From the IMG/VR virus record IMGVR_UViG_3300008110_000249: DNA of 64,000 bases; one strand, written 5' to 3'. Of this stretch, positions 17,686 to 28,196 are shown in pieces; position 1 is the first letter of the stretch, and each line of letters starts with the position of its first letter. The notes under the pieces are model-generated. The model saw only the letters and a list, made by a program, of their open reading frames with translations. It did no database searches and had not been told where the DNA came from. A program made the position numbers and the translations under genes. Source of the DNA: an uncultured virus (IMG/VR IMGVR_UViG_3300008110_000249). Its lineage: Duplodnaviria; Heunggongvirae; Uroviricota; Caudoviricetes.

Positions 17686-18702
17686 TTATAAGGTGTTGTA
17701 AATTTCTAATAGAATTTTTTTGTCAAAAGATTTACTTTCTATAGAATTAATTTGATCAAGTATGATCTTATCCACACTTTCAAACTTTAAATTATCTATA
17801 CTTGCTTGTTCTATTTGATCTAATTTCATTGGAATCAATGTCATTTCACGAAGTTTGTGCTCTGGAATCCAAGTTTCACGTAAAAAGTTTGCCTCTTCAT
17901 AACTAATTTCGATATCCAAATGAACTCTTACATGGCTATCAATGAGAAGAAATGCTTCTGGTTGCTCAAGAATCTCACTCAATTTATGAACTCTAAACAC
18001 GGGTTGTCTTGGCCAACTATAGAATACAGGATCATTGCCCCATTCTAATACCATCATACCTCTGGCATCGTCTCCTGCATCTGCATAGTTATGCGGGAAA
18101 GCATTACCTATATATAATATATTTTTTCTAGCCTGTCTTTTATGGAAATGTCCACTGAATACTTTTTCAGCATTCAAAAAATCATCTATTTTTAGTGATC
18201 CTTCATGGTCAGGCATTAATACTTGTGCATTCATGTAAAAGTTACCTAATTCAAAATGACCAAATATATATTTAGATTTTACTTTTTTAATTTTTTTGGA
18301 CTCATCACCTATTAACCATGGTGATAATGTAACGTCACCTTCGGTATATATATCATTAATTACATGAACGTTAGGCAGATAATCAGCCCAAGCTACGCTA
18401 TGTATATCTCTCTTTTCTCTATAATATAGATCATGATTTCCGGTTATAAAATATACATTAGTAAATGATTGGTTAAGTAATTCCAAACATTTCATAGAAT
18501 AATGCAAACTATGAATGTTGATGCTCGCTCTATGGTTGTGCCAATCGCCGCATACTATAGCAGTTTCACAATTTTCTTTTTTTGCAGTGTCGATAAACCA
18601 TTTAACAAAGTTAAGACAATCTTCATTGTGAACAATACTATTGCTTTTTAAGCCTATGTGCAAATCAGTAAATACCGCTGCTTTTTTGAAAAGATTACTC
18701 AT
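17686..18702 (-). CDS. gp47: Mre11/SbcD-like metallophosphoesterase nuclease (T4 gp47)
   Basis: Motifs DLH, GD, GNHD, GHFE and SGHFH. Confidence 0.95.
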   Translation of the reverse strand: MSNLFKKAAVFTDLHIGLKSNSIVHNEDCLNFVKWFIDTAKKENCETAIVCGDWHNHRASINIHSLHYSMKCLELLNQSFTNVYFITGNHDLYYREKRDIHSVAWADYLPNVHVINDIYTEGDVTLSPWLIGDESKKIKKVKSKYIFGHFELGNFYMNAQVLMPDHEGSLKIDDFLNAEKVFSGHFHKRQARKNILYIGNAFPHNYADAGDDARGMMVLEWGNDPVFYSWPRQPVFRVHKLSEILEQPEAFLLIDSHVRVHLDIEISYEEANFLRETWIPEHKLREMTLIPMKLDQIEQASIDNLKFESVDKIILDQINSIESKSFDKKILLEIYNTL

Positions 18703-18708
18703 TTTATA

Positions 18709-18737
18709 ATGATATTACTATTCGTTGCCGAATACAA
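18709..18737 (-). promoter_or_regulatory. Sigma70-like promoter upstream of gp47 (probably leaderless transcript)
   Basis: TTGTAT-N17-TATCAT, then 6 nt to the ATG; no Shine-Dalgarno. Confidence 0.5.
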
Positions 18738-18773
18738 ATCGATTGGGAGAATATAGAATTATACCAAAAATAT

Positions 18774-19667
18774 TCACTCTTCGTATGTCGTACTTGAAGA
18801 ATTCTGTCTGCTCCAAGAAGGAGCCAATCCATTTATTTCTAGTATGTCATCTCTTATATTTTGGTTTCTTTTTTCTGTGTTTAGTACCCTACAAAAACTA
18901 TTAGTAATAGCAGCGGTATAGTACGCAAAAGGATTAGCACTTTTAGCCTCGTTGAAACGTAATCCCACATATGTTAGTTGCAAAATAGCACTTGCTTGCA
19001 TTTCATCTCGATAGGTATAGCCCCGCCAGTTGAATTTCATCGCATATTTTTCACACATCATGATATACATACGTGCTAATTTATTAGTTATTTTTCCGTG
19101 TTCTTTACTAAACGTACCATTATCAATGCCACCAACCCAGTGACTCTTACCTACACAATACAAACTTCCATTTTCATCTATTTTATAATGCTGGAATGGT
19201 GGGAAGTTTACTTTAACGTGAACCATATCATCAATTTCATTTGTAGTTGCTTGATCTTCTAAATCGGAAAAAAGATCGTCTATGTCAGCATCTTCAAAAT
19301 CAAATATATCTTTTGCTGTTTTCTTTTTAACAGTCTTTCTTGGCTGTTTTGGTGAAACGGGTATATGGTCCCATGTCATAACTCTAAAAACTAACTCAGT
19401 GATAGGTATAGATTCAGCAGTGACTGCCGTACCTAACTCATTAGACAATCTTACTGCTCTAGTATTTTTTGCTTCTTCTATTATTTCTGTATTAAAGATA
19501 TGTTCAAATGATTTTTCTAATGACTCTTGTGGCATATCAATGATAAAATCATATCGATGATATTCTGGTTTAGTAAAATAGCAATAACTTGATTTACTTT
19601 CGTGTATTTCTTTTAAAATATCTTTATTATTTAAGTAGTTGACTGGTTTTTTATTGATCATGGTCAT
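18774..19667 (-). CDS. gp55: Late-transcription sigma factor (T4 gp55 family)
   Basis: NYLNNKD at the N-terminus, NWRGYTYRDEM, and FNEAKSANPFAYYT. Confidence 0.9.
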   Translation of the reverse strand: MTMINKKPVNYLNNKDILKEIHESKSSYCYFTKPEYHRYDFIIDMPQESLEKSFEHIFNTEIIEEAKNTRAVRLSNELGTAVTAESIPITELVFRVMTWDHIPVSPKQPRKTVKKKTAKDIFDFEDADIDDLFSDLEDQATTNEIDDMVHVKVNFPPFQHYKIDENGSLYCVGKSHWVGGIDNGTFSKEHGKITNKLARMYIMMCEKYAMKFNWRGYTYRDEMQASAILQLTYVGLRFNEAKSANPFAYYTAAITNSFCRVLNTEKRNQNIRDDILEINGLAPSWSRQNSSSTTYEE

Positions 19668-19683
19668 AGATGCCTTTTTTAGA

Positions 19684-19712
19684 AATATATCATATTAGTT
19701 GCTAAATTGCAA
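19684..19712 (-). promoter_or_regulatory. Sigma70-like promoter for gp55
   Basis: TTGCAA-N17-TATATT with an extended -10 TG. Confidence 0.55.
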
Positions 19713-19740
19713 CAGATTTTAAAGAAAAAGGTAAAAGTAG

Positions 19741-19768
19741 TACTATTATTTATGAATAAATAGTAGTA
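19741..19768. promoter_or_regulatory. Back-to-back T4-type late promoters forming a near-perfect inverted repeat
   Basis: TACTATTATTTAT-GA-ATAAATAGTAGTA, with TAAATA on minus (19747-19752) and plus (19757-19762). Confidence 0.65.
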
Positions 19769-19782
19769 AGGAATAAACGGAC

Positions 19783-21264
19783 ATGTCTACACCCACAACA
19801 GTCGAAGAATGGAGAGCGTCTTTAGCAGCCCTAGAACAGCAAATGGATGCACTGCAGGGTCAACTTGACGCCAACCGAGATGAATTCATTGCGACCGGTC
19901 GAGAAACTACAAGGCTTAAAAATCAATTAAACGAACTTCAAAGGTCCGGAGTTGATCGCACGAGTGATCAGTATGTTGCTGTTCAAAAAGCATATAATGC
20001 ATCATTCAGGAAAGAAGCACGAATAGAAGAAGCAAAAGATGCTATTGCTAGAAAAATGGTTGATCTACAAGCAAGCATTAACACTGCATCGATAAGAATA
20101 GCAAAAGCAGAAGGAGGTATACCTGATACTAATACTACCCCACGTCCAGCGTCTGAACAACCGGGCGGTAATACTTCACCCGATCCTATTCCTGAGACAG
20201 TTCTACCTGAGCCCAAGGCGGATATAACTGAAGAACCAGAGCCACCTCAGAGTCAAACTGATGCTTTAATAGCGGCACAAAAAATAATCGATGATTCAGA
20301 TGCCACTATCGCTCAATACGACCAATCTAAATCAAATTTAGATGAAATTCTAAGAAGAAATGGAATAGCGGTTCCGAGTATTCCTGATGAGCCTACATCG
20401 GAAGATAGCGATATAACTTCATCATTCTCTAGTAATCCTGAATTTACTGCTCCTACAAATCGAAGGGCTACTCCAGGGCAAACCATAGAGGCTAGAAAAC
20501 AAGCAACTGCTCAAGATCAATATAATTATTCTGCATTAAAAGATTGGAGAGTAAAATTAAGACTGGCACCAAATTCAAATTATCTATATAATGCTTCACC
20601 CCCAGGAATTTTAGCACCATTGAAAGCATCAGAGGGCGTAATTTTCCCCTATACTCCGTCGATTCAGATAGGATATAGTGCAAGTTATCAAATGAGCGAT
20701 ATAATACATAGTAATTTTAAAATGTATAATTATACCCTAAGTTCAGTTGATAATATAGGTATTACTTGTGATTTTACAGCACAAGATACGTTTGAAGCGA
20801 ACTATTTACTAGCAGTAATACATTTTTTCAAATCAGTAACCAAAATGTTTTATGGAAAAGATCAAGATCCAGTTAATGGTACTCCTCCTCCGGTATGCTA
20901 TTTAGATGGGTATGGTGATTATCAATTCGCAGGCTCTCCGTTAGTAATTACTAATTTTACTTATTCATTACCTTCTGATGTAGATTATATAAGAGCCACT
21001 TCAACGGAAAAAGATACTTTTAGTAACAATTCATCTACTAGCGGACAGTCACAAGGAATACGACTAAATGCATCTAAAATAAGTCCTGGAGGCACTGCAC
21101 CCCCTACACAATGGAATAGTCTAAGTGCAGATACTAAAATAACATATGTACCTACTAAGATGCAAATTCAAATACAGGCTATACCCATGATAAGTAGAGG
21201 TGACGTAAGCAAACGATTCAGTCTAAAAGACTATGCTACAGGAAAATTGGGAGGATTTTGGTGA
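19783..21264 (+). CDS. Baseplate/tail-tube initiator-like protein (gp48/gp54-type) with N-terminal coiled coil and Pro-rich linker
   Basis: C-terminal DWRVKL..GVIFPYTPSI..FTAQ..GTPPPVCYLDGYG..VITNFTYSLP; first gene of the baseplate operon. Confidence 0.6.
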   Translation: MSTPTTVEEWRASLAALEQQMDALQGQLDANRDEFIATGRETTRLKNQLNELQRSGVDRTSDQYVAVQKAYNASFRKEARIEEAKDAIARKMVDLQASINTASIRIAKAEGGIPDTNTTPRPASEQPGGNTSPDPIPETVLPEPKADITEEPEPPQSQTDALIAAQKIIDDSDATIAQYDQSKSNLDEILRRNGIAVPSIPDEPTSEDSDITSSFSSNPEFTAPTNRRATPGQTIEARKQATAQDQYNYSALKDWRVKLRLAPNSNYLYNASPPGILAPLKASEGVIFPYTPSIQIGYSASYQMSDIIHSNFKMYNYTLSSVDNIGITCDFTAQDTFEANYLLAVIHFFKSVTKMFYGKDQDPVNGTPPPVCYLDGYGDYQFAGSPLVITNFTYSLPSDVDYIRATSTEKDTFSNNSSTSGQSQGIRLNASKISPGGTAPPTQWNSLSADTKITYVPTKMQIQIQAIPMISRGDVSKRFSLKDYATGKLGGFW

Positions 21265-21581
21265 TGGCTACAAATAACAATAACATATATCAATCATCTA
21301 GTCCTTATTATCTATCTTCAATCGCACAAAACAAGTTTTTAGATGTAATGATTAACCGACCTATCCCTTCATTGGCAAGTGATATACTTTGGACCATAAC
21401 TACCGTGTATGAATATAGACCTGATTTGTTAGCATATGATTTATACAATGATTCTAGACTTTGGTGGGTGTTTGCACAAAGAAATCCTAATAGATTAAAG
21501 GATCCTTACTTTGATTTTATAACAGGCAAAGAAATTTATATACCGGTTATGAGTACATTAAAATCTGCGTTGGGAATATAA
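21264..21581 (+). CDS. gp53: Baseplate wedge protein, gp53/LysM-like
   Basis: YEYRPDLLAYDLYNDSRLWWVF motif; TGATG coupling to the upstream gene. Confidence 0.8.
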   Translation: MATNNNNIYQSSSPYYLSSIAQNKFLDVMINRPIPSLASDILWTITTVYEYRPDLLAYDLYNDSRLWWVFAQRNPNRLKDPYFDFITGKEIYIPVMSTLKSALGI

Positions 21582-21583
21582 TA

Positions 21584-24043
21584 ATGGCGATTTTGGGTGA
21601 TTTAGAGGGATATAATACTAATTCTGCAATAGTAACAAATAATGATGAGACTCCTCCTATAGAACAGAGCGCCGCAGAAACGGCTAGATTAACCTCGCTT
21701 AATTCTGTGTTGGCTCAGGCAGCAAGACCCAATGGTCAACCCAATCCACCTTCAACCACTTCTCCTTCTCCGATAAAAAATGCCGGAAATGAATATGGTG
21801 TAGGGACCCGATTAGGTAATCCATTGAGCATATATTCTAGTTACACCTATCAATTATCGTTGTATATGATCTCTCCGGATGCATACGATGCATTTAATCA
21901 AAGTGGAAGAAAAAATATTTTTGCTAAAAACGGAACCAATGAAACAGAATCTGGTGTAGGTGGTGCATATTTAATTGCACAAAGTGGCGGTATCAACGAT
22001 GACGCCACTAGGGCTCCGGGATTTGAGTTTGATTACTACATAGATAATTTAGAAATAAAGGCAGCAGTATCAGGATCAAATTCTGCTAATGGCACTACGG
22101 TAAGTTATGATCTTAGTTTCAACATTGTTGAACCATATGGATTTTCTTTTATAACCAATATGAAAAGAGCGAAAATAGCACTATCAAAATATTCGCAAAC
22201 AATAAATTACTCAGAAAGTGAAAACCCTACTAGACAACTTTTTATATTAGGTATTAAATTTTTGGGCTATGATTCTGAAGGTAATTTACTTAAATCACTC
22301 CCTGAAGTTTCAGATCCTAGTTTTCAACGTTACTACGATATAGTTTTTAAAGATGTTGGATTTAGTATAGACGGAAAAAGCACAGTATATAATATAAAAG
22401 CAGCGGTCACTTCTATTCAAGCTGCCTATAGTACAAAGAGAGGACTGATTGATAAAGGTGCTGGACAGTTATCAGGTTCAACCGTTGGTCAATTATTAGA
22501 CGAGTTGATGGAAAAACTAACTAAAGACCAAACTATAGAAGGACGAGAATTCCCTAATACATATGCTATAGAATATGTAGATGATGCGGATGAAATAGCA
22601 AAATCAAGTATAGTTGCAACTGGTGATTATAATAAAATCAAATGGCCTATGGCTGCTCCCAAAGATAAAACTACAGTAAACGCAAACCTAGAAATAAAGG
22701 CTCAACCAAATAATAAAGAACGTGTTATTGCTTTCAACCCCGGAACACCTATAATACAGGCAATAACTAGTGTAATTACACAGAGTGATTATTTAGTTAA
22801 TGGTTTAAAATCAGTATATTCATCTGAAGAAACACCTAGTGAAACAAATGACGGTGATGAATCGATACCTATAAACAGTAACAAACGTTTAAAATGGTTT
22901 ACTGTAACCCCTTTTGTTTCTAATGCCAAATTTGATCGAAAAATTAAAGATTGGGTTTATGATATAACTTATCAAGTAAGAACCTATGAAATACCAGTAA
23001 TTAAGTCAGTAGTAGCAGACAAAACTGCACCGTACTACGGCCCAGTGAAAAGGTATGAGTATTGGTATACTGGAAAAAATTCAGAAATTATCAAGTATAG
23101 TCAAACTTTAAACAATAATTATTTTGTAGTTGCTTTAGCAGGATCTTCTGAGGAAGCATCGAGTGATGCCTCAGGTGGATCCGCTAATATACCTATAGGA
23201 ACTGGAAAAAGAACGTATACTGATAGGTTAGGTAAGTTAAATGTAGGTAAAGAGGCACAAAATTCTATTCAAACAGATTTGGCAGACGGTGGATCTTGGG
23301 CTACTGCTAAAATAGAAATCTTGGGAGATCCTGATTATCTATCTAATCCTACCCCTCCACCATCAAATGATCTTAACGGCTTTTACAATGAAGATGATAC
23401 TATAAATTATAGTGCAGGACAAGTGTTTATTGAAATAAAATTTGTAGAGGCGGTCGATTATGATAATAATCAAGGTACTATGACATTAAATCATGATATA
23501 TTATTTTGGAATTATCCAAAAAATATAGCAGAAAAGTTACAAGGGGCAGTTAGTTATAGGCTTGCCACAATAACACATACTTTTAAATCTGGTAGATTCA
23601 CTCAACGATTAGATTTAACTTTCAATACATTTGGTGATGTAGAGGGACCTAAATTAGTTGAAGAAGGTAGGGAAAATAATAACGGTTCTAATACTTCTTC
23701 ATTAGGAGAATTGGGAATTAATACTGCGATACCAAGTACAACTTCGCAGAGTTCTACTTCAGTAAGCTCGGCACCTGTAGTAGGTTTAGTAAAAAATACT
23801 ACAGTGAGTAGAGGTACTACAGGAGCCTCAGTAGCCAACACAGTTGCCTCGACAACATCTACACAGTCAACCTCAGCAAAAGGTGTGGCAGATGATGATG
23901 CAAAACTAGATGTAAATTCTAGAATTAAAATTGGATTGGGACTAGAAGAAGGTAGAGAGAGTAGTTCATTAATTAACAGGGTAAGAAATAAGTTAGGCAT
24001 TCCGATAGGTGGTACCAATCCTACTGTAGGAAGAGAAAGATAA
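21584..24043 (+). CDS. Baseplate hub protein (gp27-like)
   Basis: NPLSIYSSYTYQLSLY, IEILGDPDYL and HTFKSGRFTQRL; lies between gp53 and gp5. Confidence 0.6.
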   Translation: MAILGDLEGYNTNSAIVTNNDETPPIEQSAAETARLTSLNSVLAQAARPNGQPNPPSTTSPSPIKNAGNEYGVGTRLGNPLSIYSSYTYQLSLYMISPDAYDAFNQSGRKNIFAKNGTNETESGVGGAYLIAQSGGINDDATRAPGFEFDYYIDNLEIKAAVSGSNSANGTTVSYDLSFNIVEPYGFSFITNMKRAKIALSKYSQTINYSESENPTRQLFILGIKFLGYDSEGNLLKSLPEVSDPSFQRYYDIVFKDVGFSIDGKSTVYNIKAAVTSIQAAYSTKRGLIDKGAGQLSGSTVGQLLDELMEKLTKDQTIEGREFPNTYAIEYVDDADEIAKSSIVATGDYNKIKWPMAAPKDKTTVNANLEIKAQPNNKERVIAFNPGTPIIQAITSVITQSDYLVNGLKSVYSSEETPSETNDGDESIPINSNKRLKWFTVTPFVSNAKFDRKIKDWVYDITYQVRTYEIPVIKSVVADKTAPYYGPVKRYEYWYTGKNSEIIKYSQTLNNNYFVVALAGSSEEASSDASGGSANIPIGTGKRTYTDRLGKLNVGKEAQNSIQTDLADGGSWATAKIEILGDPDYLSNPTPPPSNDLNGFYNEDDTINYSAGQVFIEIKFVEAVDYDNNQGTMTLNHDILFWNYPKNIAEKLQGAVSYRLATITHTFKSGRFTQRLDLTFNTFGDVEGPKLVEEGRENNNGSNTSSLGELGINTAIPSTTSQSSTSVSSAPVVGLVKNTTVSRGTTGASVANTVASTTSTQSTSAKGVADDDAKLDVNSRIKIGLGLEEGRESSSLINRVRNKLGIPIGGTNPTVGRER

Positions 24044-24044
24044 A

Positions 24045-27000
24045 ATGGAAGATATTTTTAAAACAGCCGGATCTACTCAGTCAACTAAGCCTGACGCCGG
24101 CGGCGCGGTAATACGCAATGTTCCTGTATTTGGCGTGGTTAAAAATAATATAGATCCTACCAGAGCAGGAAGAATTCAGGTTTATATATCTGACATAGGT
24201 GGAGATGATCCGGATGATCCTAACAATTGGGCAACAGTATCATATATGAGTCCTTTTTATGGATTAGTAGAGGCAACCGCCGGCGAAGATTCTGAAGGAA
24301 GTTATGTTGGAAATTCTGTAAGTTACGGTGTTTGGAATAGCCCTCCTGATTTAAACTCTACTGTTATCTGTATCTTTATTAATGGGGATCCAAATTTTGG
24401 ATTCTATATAGGATGTGCTCCTAAACCAGAATCATTGCATATGGTTCCGGCTATAGGTGCTGCTAAAATGGATGAGGTTACTTTTACTAATTCAGAAGAT
24501 CAAAGTTATGGTGGAGCCGAACAAGTTCCCGTAACTAACATAAACACTAACAATGAATCTTTGGCAAATAGTGATGGATTTTTAACTGCAAAGAAACCTA
24601 TTCATTCTTACCTTGCAGCAATAATGTTTAAGCAAGGTATTTTACGAGATTCTATAAGAGGACCAATTACTACCGGAGCCCAACGTGAAAGTCCATCCAG
24701 GGTTGGATGGGGCGTAAGTAGCCCCGGAAGACCTATATATGCAGGCGGTTATACAGATGCAACTATTGCTAAGGCTGCAAAAGAAGGCAAAGATGATAAC
24801 GGACTCGCAATTGTATCTAGGCGTGCCGGCCATTCAATAGTAATGGATGACGGTGACTTAATTGGACGTGACCAGTTAGTAAGAATTCGATCAGCAGCCG
24901 GCCATCAAATTTTAATGAGTGATGATGGTCAAACTATTTTTATAATACATAGCAATGGTCAGTCTTGGGTTGAGTTAGGAAAAGAAGGTACCATTGATAT
25001 GTTCTGCACTAATAGTTTTAATGTAAGAACACAGGGTGATATTAATTTACATGCCGACAATAATATAAACATTCATGCTAAAAAGAAGTTAAATTTAAAA
25101 GCAGAAGATATATATCTTGAATCTGAAAAAAGCACTAGTTGTAAGATAGGAACTGATTACAAGGTACAAACTACAGGTAAATATCATTTAAAAGTAGGAG
25201 ATGTAATGTCTCTAGCGTCTGGCGGTGCCGCATCATTTCTTAGTACGAACACAACCTTTATTAATGGTAGTAGAATCAATTTAAATACCGGTGAAGGTCC
25301 AGTACCAGATGAAGTAGCACCTATACCAGAAATCGTTCATACAGATACCTTATTTGATAGTGTTAAAGGATTTTTAGCAGCTCCCGGAGCATTACAAAGT
25401 ATAACTACTAGAACTCCTGCTCATGCACCGTGGATAAACGCGAATCAAGGTGTCAATATTCAAACTAATTCTAATTCAGATAGTGCATTAGCATCAGCAC
25501 CTTCTTCCGAAGTAGCAAAGGTTAATAATGTATCGGCATCTACTCCGCCCGTATCAACTTTATCTTCGGCCGCATTATCAACTGTGCCGGCTATGCCTTC
25601 AGTAAGTAGTAGCATAACCCCACAAACTACCGGTGCAATAGTAGGTGCTATGGCAACTAATGTAGCGACTGGTCCGGCAGCGGCCGCTGCCGCGGCTGGA
25701 ATAGGATCAATACCCACAACAAATGGAATACAAGCAGTAGTGGGTAAATTTGCACAAACACCTGCACAATTAGAATCAGCCGGCATTCTTAAGCCAGGCT
25801 CATCTTCAATGGTTAATGCTTTAGTAGAAAAGGGTACCTCTTTAACTCAAGCGTTCCCTCAAAATATATTTACTGGACAAGCAGGCATAACGAATATCAC
25901 TGGATTCATGAACAGTGCTTCTGCACAAATTGAAAGTGTGACTACTAATTTACAAAAAGCACAAACTAGTCTTACTAATGTAGGTGTATTAACAGGCAAA
26001 GAATCTCCTACTGCAATTGCAGGATTAGTAATGGCAGGAGTAACGTCAGGTATTAATGATACTGTCAATGCTGTAAAAAATGTAGGGTCTAATATAGCAA
26101 AAGGATTAGGTTTAAGTTCCGTGGGGTCTCAGAACCCTACGTTAACTGCAATGAACGCAGGAAATTTTGCTGCGAATGCAGCACAAAGTAGTATAGGTGG
26201 TCTGGCCCCAATAATTAATACTATTCTACCTGTTGCAGGCTTAATAGGAGGTGTTAAGTTACAACAAAAAGGCGCAGTAGCAGCAGCATTTGCTACAGTA
26301 GCAGCATCATTAGGAACATTAAGCAAACCTAATACAACTGATCCTTTAAAGGCAGCGGCAGGATTAATTAGTAAAACTGGTCAAATATTAGGTGGAAAAG
26401 TAGGTGCTACAACTAATGCACTAACAGGAGGATTAAATTCTTTATCTCAATTAGCAAGCGGAAAAGGCTCCTTCACTCAACAATTGTCTAGTGTTAGCAA
26501 TATAGTAGGTAGTATAGGTAAAATAGGTGCCATTACTGGAAATAGTTCTCTTGCAAAAACAGCAAGTTCACTAACTAAGTCGATATCAAAAGCAGGTGCA
26601 ATAACTAATAATTTGTCTACAATAAACAAAGGGTTATCTGCCATCTCACTAGCCTCTGATCCTAGACAAACATTAGGTGGCATAACAAGTATTTTAGGTG
26701 CAGCAGGCCGAACAGGTTCAATATTGGGAAATACCGGCATTGCTAAAACAGCACTATCTCTAAGTAAAGTCACTACAAACTCATCAAAAATACTTTCGGC
26801 AGTAAATGCTCTGTCATCTAGTAAAGATATAAATCAAACACTAGGAGCGGCTGGAAGCATACTTAGTTCGGTGAATAATATATCTAAGGCTGTGAGTGGT
26901 AATAGTAAAAGCACCGGACTGTTTAAAATACCCGGCGGATCACTTAGTGTAGGATCATTAGTAAATGCTTCATTAGGTTCTATAGGAATACCAAAAAATC

Positions 27001-27683
27001 CTGCACTAGGAAGTGTGATTTCCGGTGCAGTAACGTCTGCTATCAATCAAGTGGCTTTTCCAAAAGTTATGAAAAATACTTTAGGTGGCATTACAAGCGG
27101 TACTACTCCTTCTACTCCGATGATTGCGGGATTGGCGACAGGCGTCAATAATTTAGCAGGTGGATTTGCGTCAGCTGCCAGCGGAGTATCATCATCAATA
27201 CAGTCAGGAATTCAAGGCTTAGCAGGTATGACTTTGGGAGGTCTATCTTCTGCTGCATCCGGGGCATTAAGTTCTACTTTATCTTCAATTGGTTTTGGCG
27301 GTGCAAATGCTCTTAAAATTGCGACAGCCGCAATAGATACTAATGATGTACTAGCAATAAATTCACAAGTAAATGCGGTGATAGAGGATAGTAGGGTACC
27401 AAAACCGGTATTTGGTGATTTAGATAAAGACTCGGCTGCTGAGTTAGAATCAATATTACAAAAAAATGAAGAGGTTGGTAATTTGTTATCGGAACTGGAT
27501 AGTTTGCAGACAGATATAGATGAGTTACGAGAAAACTATTATAACTTAGAACAATCTTTGCCACCGGGCGATCCTTCGATAAACGAAGCAAAAACACAAT
27601 GGACAGAATCAGTAGATCAATACTTACAAGCATTGGATGCAATTAGTAATTTGATCAATGATGATACTAATGGAACAGAATAA
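24045..27683 (+). CDS. gp5: Baseplate central spike (gp5/VgrG-like) with a long C-terminal extension
   Basis: OB-fold GVVKNNIDPTRAGRIQVYI..W..PPD, GHSIVMDD/GHQILMSD, a beta-helix segment, then ~700 aa of A/G/S-rich extension. Confidence 0.85.
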   Translation: MEDIFKTAGSTQSTKPDAGGAVIRNVPVFGVVKNNIDPTRAGRIQVYISDIGGDDPDDPNNWATVSYMSPFYGLVEATAGEDSEGSYVGNSVSYGVWNSPPDLNSTVICIFINGDPNFGFYIGCAPKPESLHMVPAIGAAKMDEVTFTNSEDQSYGGAEQVPVTNINTNNESLANSDGFLTAKKPIHSYLAAIMFKQGILRDSIRGPITTGAQRESPSRVGWGVSSPGRPIYAGGYTDATIAKAAKEGKDDNGLAIVSRRAGHSIVMDDGDLIGRDQLVRIRSAAGHQILMSDDGQTIFIIHSNGQSWVELGKEGTIDMFCTNSFNVRTQGDINLHADNNINIHAKKKLNLKAEDIYLESEKSTSCKIGTDYKVQTTGKYHLKVGDVMSLASGGAASFLSTNTTFINGSRINLNTGEGPVPDEVAPIPEIVHTDTLFDSVKGFLAAPGALQSITTRTPAHAPWINANQGVNIQTNSNSDSALASAPSSEVAKVNNVSASTPPVSTLSSAALSTVPAMPSVSSSITPQTTGAIVGAMATNVATGPAAAAAAAGIGSIPTTNGIQAVVGKFAQTPAQLESAGILKPGSSSMVNALVEKGTSLTQAFPQNIFTGQAGITNITGFMNSASAQIESVTTNLQKAQTSLTNVGVLTGKESPTAIAGLVMAGVTSGINDTVNAVKNVGSNIAKGLGLSSVGSQNPTLTAMNAGNFAANAAQSSIGGLAPIINTILPVAGLIGGVKLQQKGAVAAAFATVAASLGTLSKPNTTDPLKAAAGLISKTGQILGGKVGATTNALTGGLNSLSQLASGKGSFTQQLSSVSNIVGSIGKIGAITGNSSLAKTASSLTKSISKAGAITNNLSTINKGLSAISLASDPRQTLGGITSILGAAGRTGSILGNTGIAKTALSLSKVTTNSSKILSAVNALSSSKDINQTLGAAGSILSSVNNISKAVSGNSKSTGLFKIPGGSLSVGSLVNASLGSIGIPKNPALGSVISGAVTSAINQVAFPKVMKNTLGGITSGTTPSTPMIAGLATGVNNLAGGFASAASGVSSSIQSGIQGLAGMTLGGLSSAASGALSSTLSSIGFGGANALKIATAAIDTNDVLAINSQVNAVIEDSRVPKPVFGDLDKDSAAELESILQKNEEVGNLLSELDSLQTDIDELRENYYNLEQSLPPGDPSINEAKTQWTESVDQYLQALDAISNLINDDTNGTE

Positions 27684-27691
27684 ATAAATAT

Positions 27692-28141
27692 ATGCCACAA
27701 TATATAGGATTTAGCACTATAAATGCATGTCAACCCAAGACAACTAATCTACCTACCGGCAATAACGGTGGCGTGGGCTCATTACTACAAGGTGTGAATC
27801 CTGGCAAAAAATTCAGACTTACTGATGAAGCCGTGGTAATACGCGATTTCATTAATGCCTTAAATATCCCTCAAGGGCAAAAAGTAGGTCAACCGTCTTA
27901 TGGCACAACACTGTATTCATTTGTTTTTGAGCCTAATACTGCTGATAATCAATTTAAATTAGAAACCGAAATAAAACGAGTAGCAAGTTTAGATTCTAGA
28001 TTGAATGTGAATGAATTAAAAGCATTTACCTTAGAGAATGGTATCCTATTAGAAATAGAGATATCAGTATCACCATTCAATCAAGCAAGATTATTAAATT
28101 TATTCGTTGATCAGCGCACAAATAGCGCGTATATACAATAA
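27692..28141 (+). CDS. gp25: Baseplate wedge subunit gp25-like
   Basis: IPQGQKVGQPSYGT.L...VFEP and DSRL motifs. Confidence 0.85.
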   Translation: MPQYIGFSTINACQPKTTNLPTGNNGGVGSLLQGVNPGKKFRLTDEAVVIRDFINALNIPQGQKVGQPSYGTTLYSFVFEPNTADNQFKLETEIKRVASLDSRLNVNELKAFTLENGILLEIEISVSPFNQARLLNLFVDQRTNSAYIQ

Positions 28142-28196
28142 TTCTAAAAAAGTACCATTTTTAAGTATGATAAATACTTAAAAGAGATATAAACCT

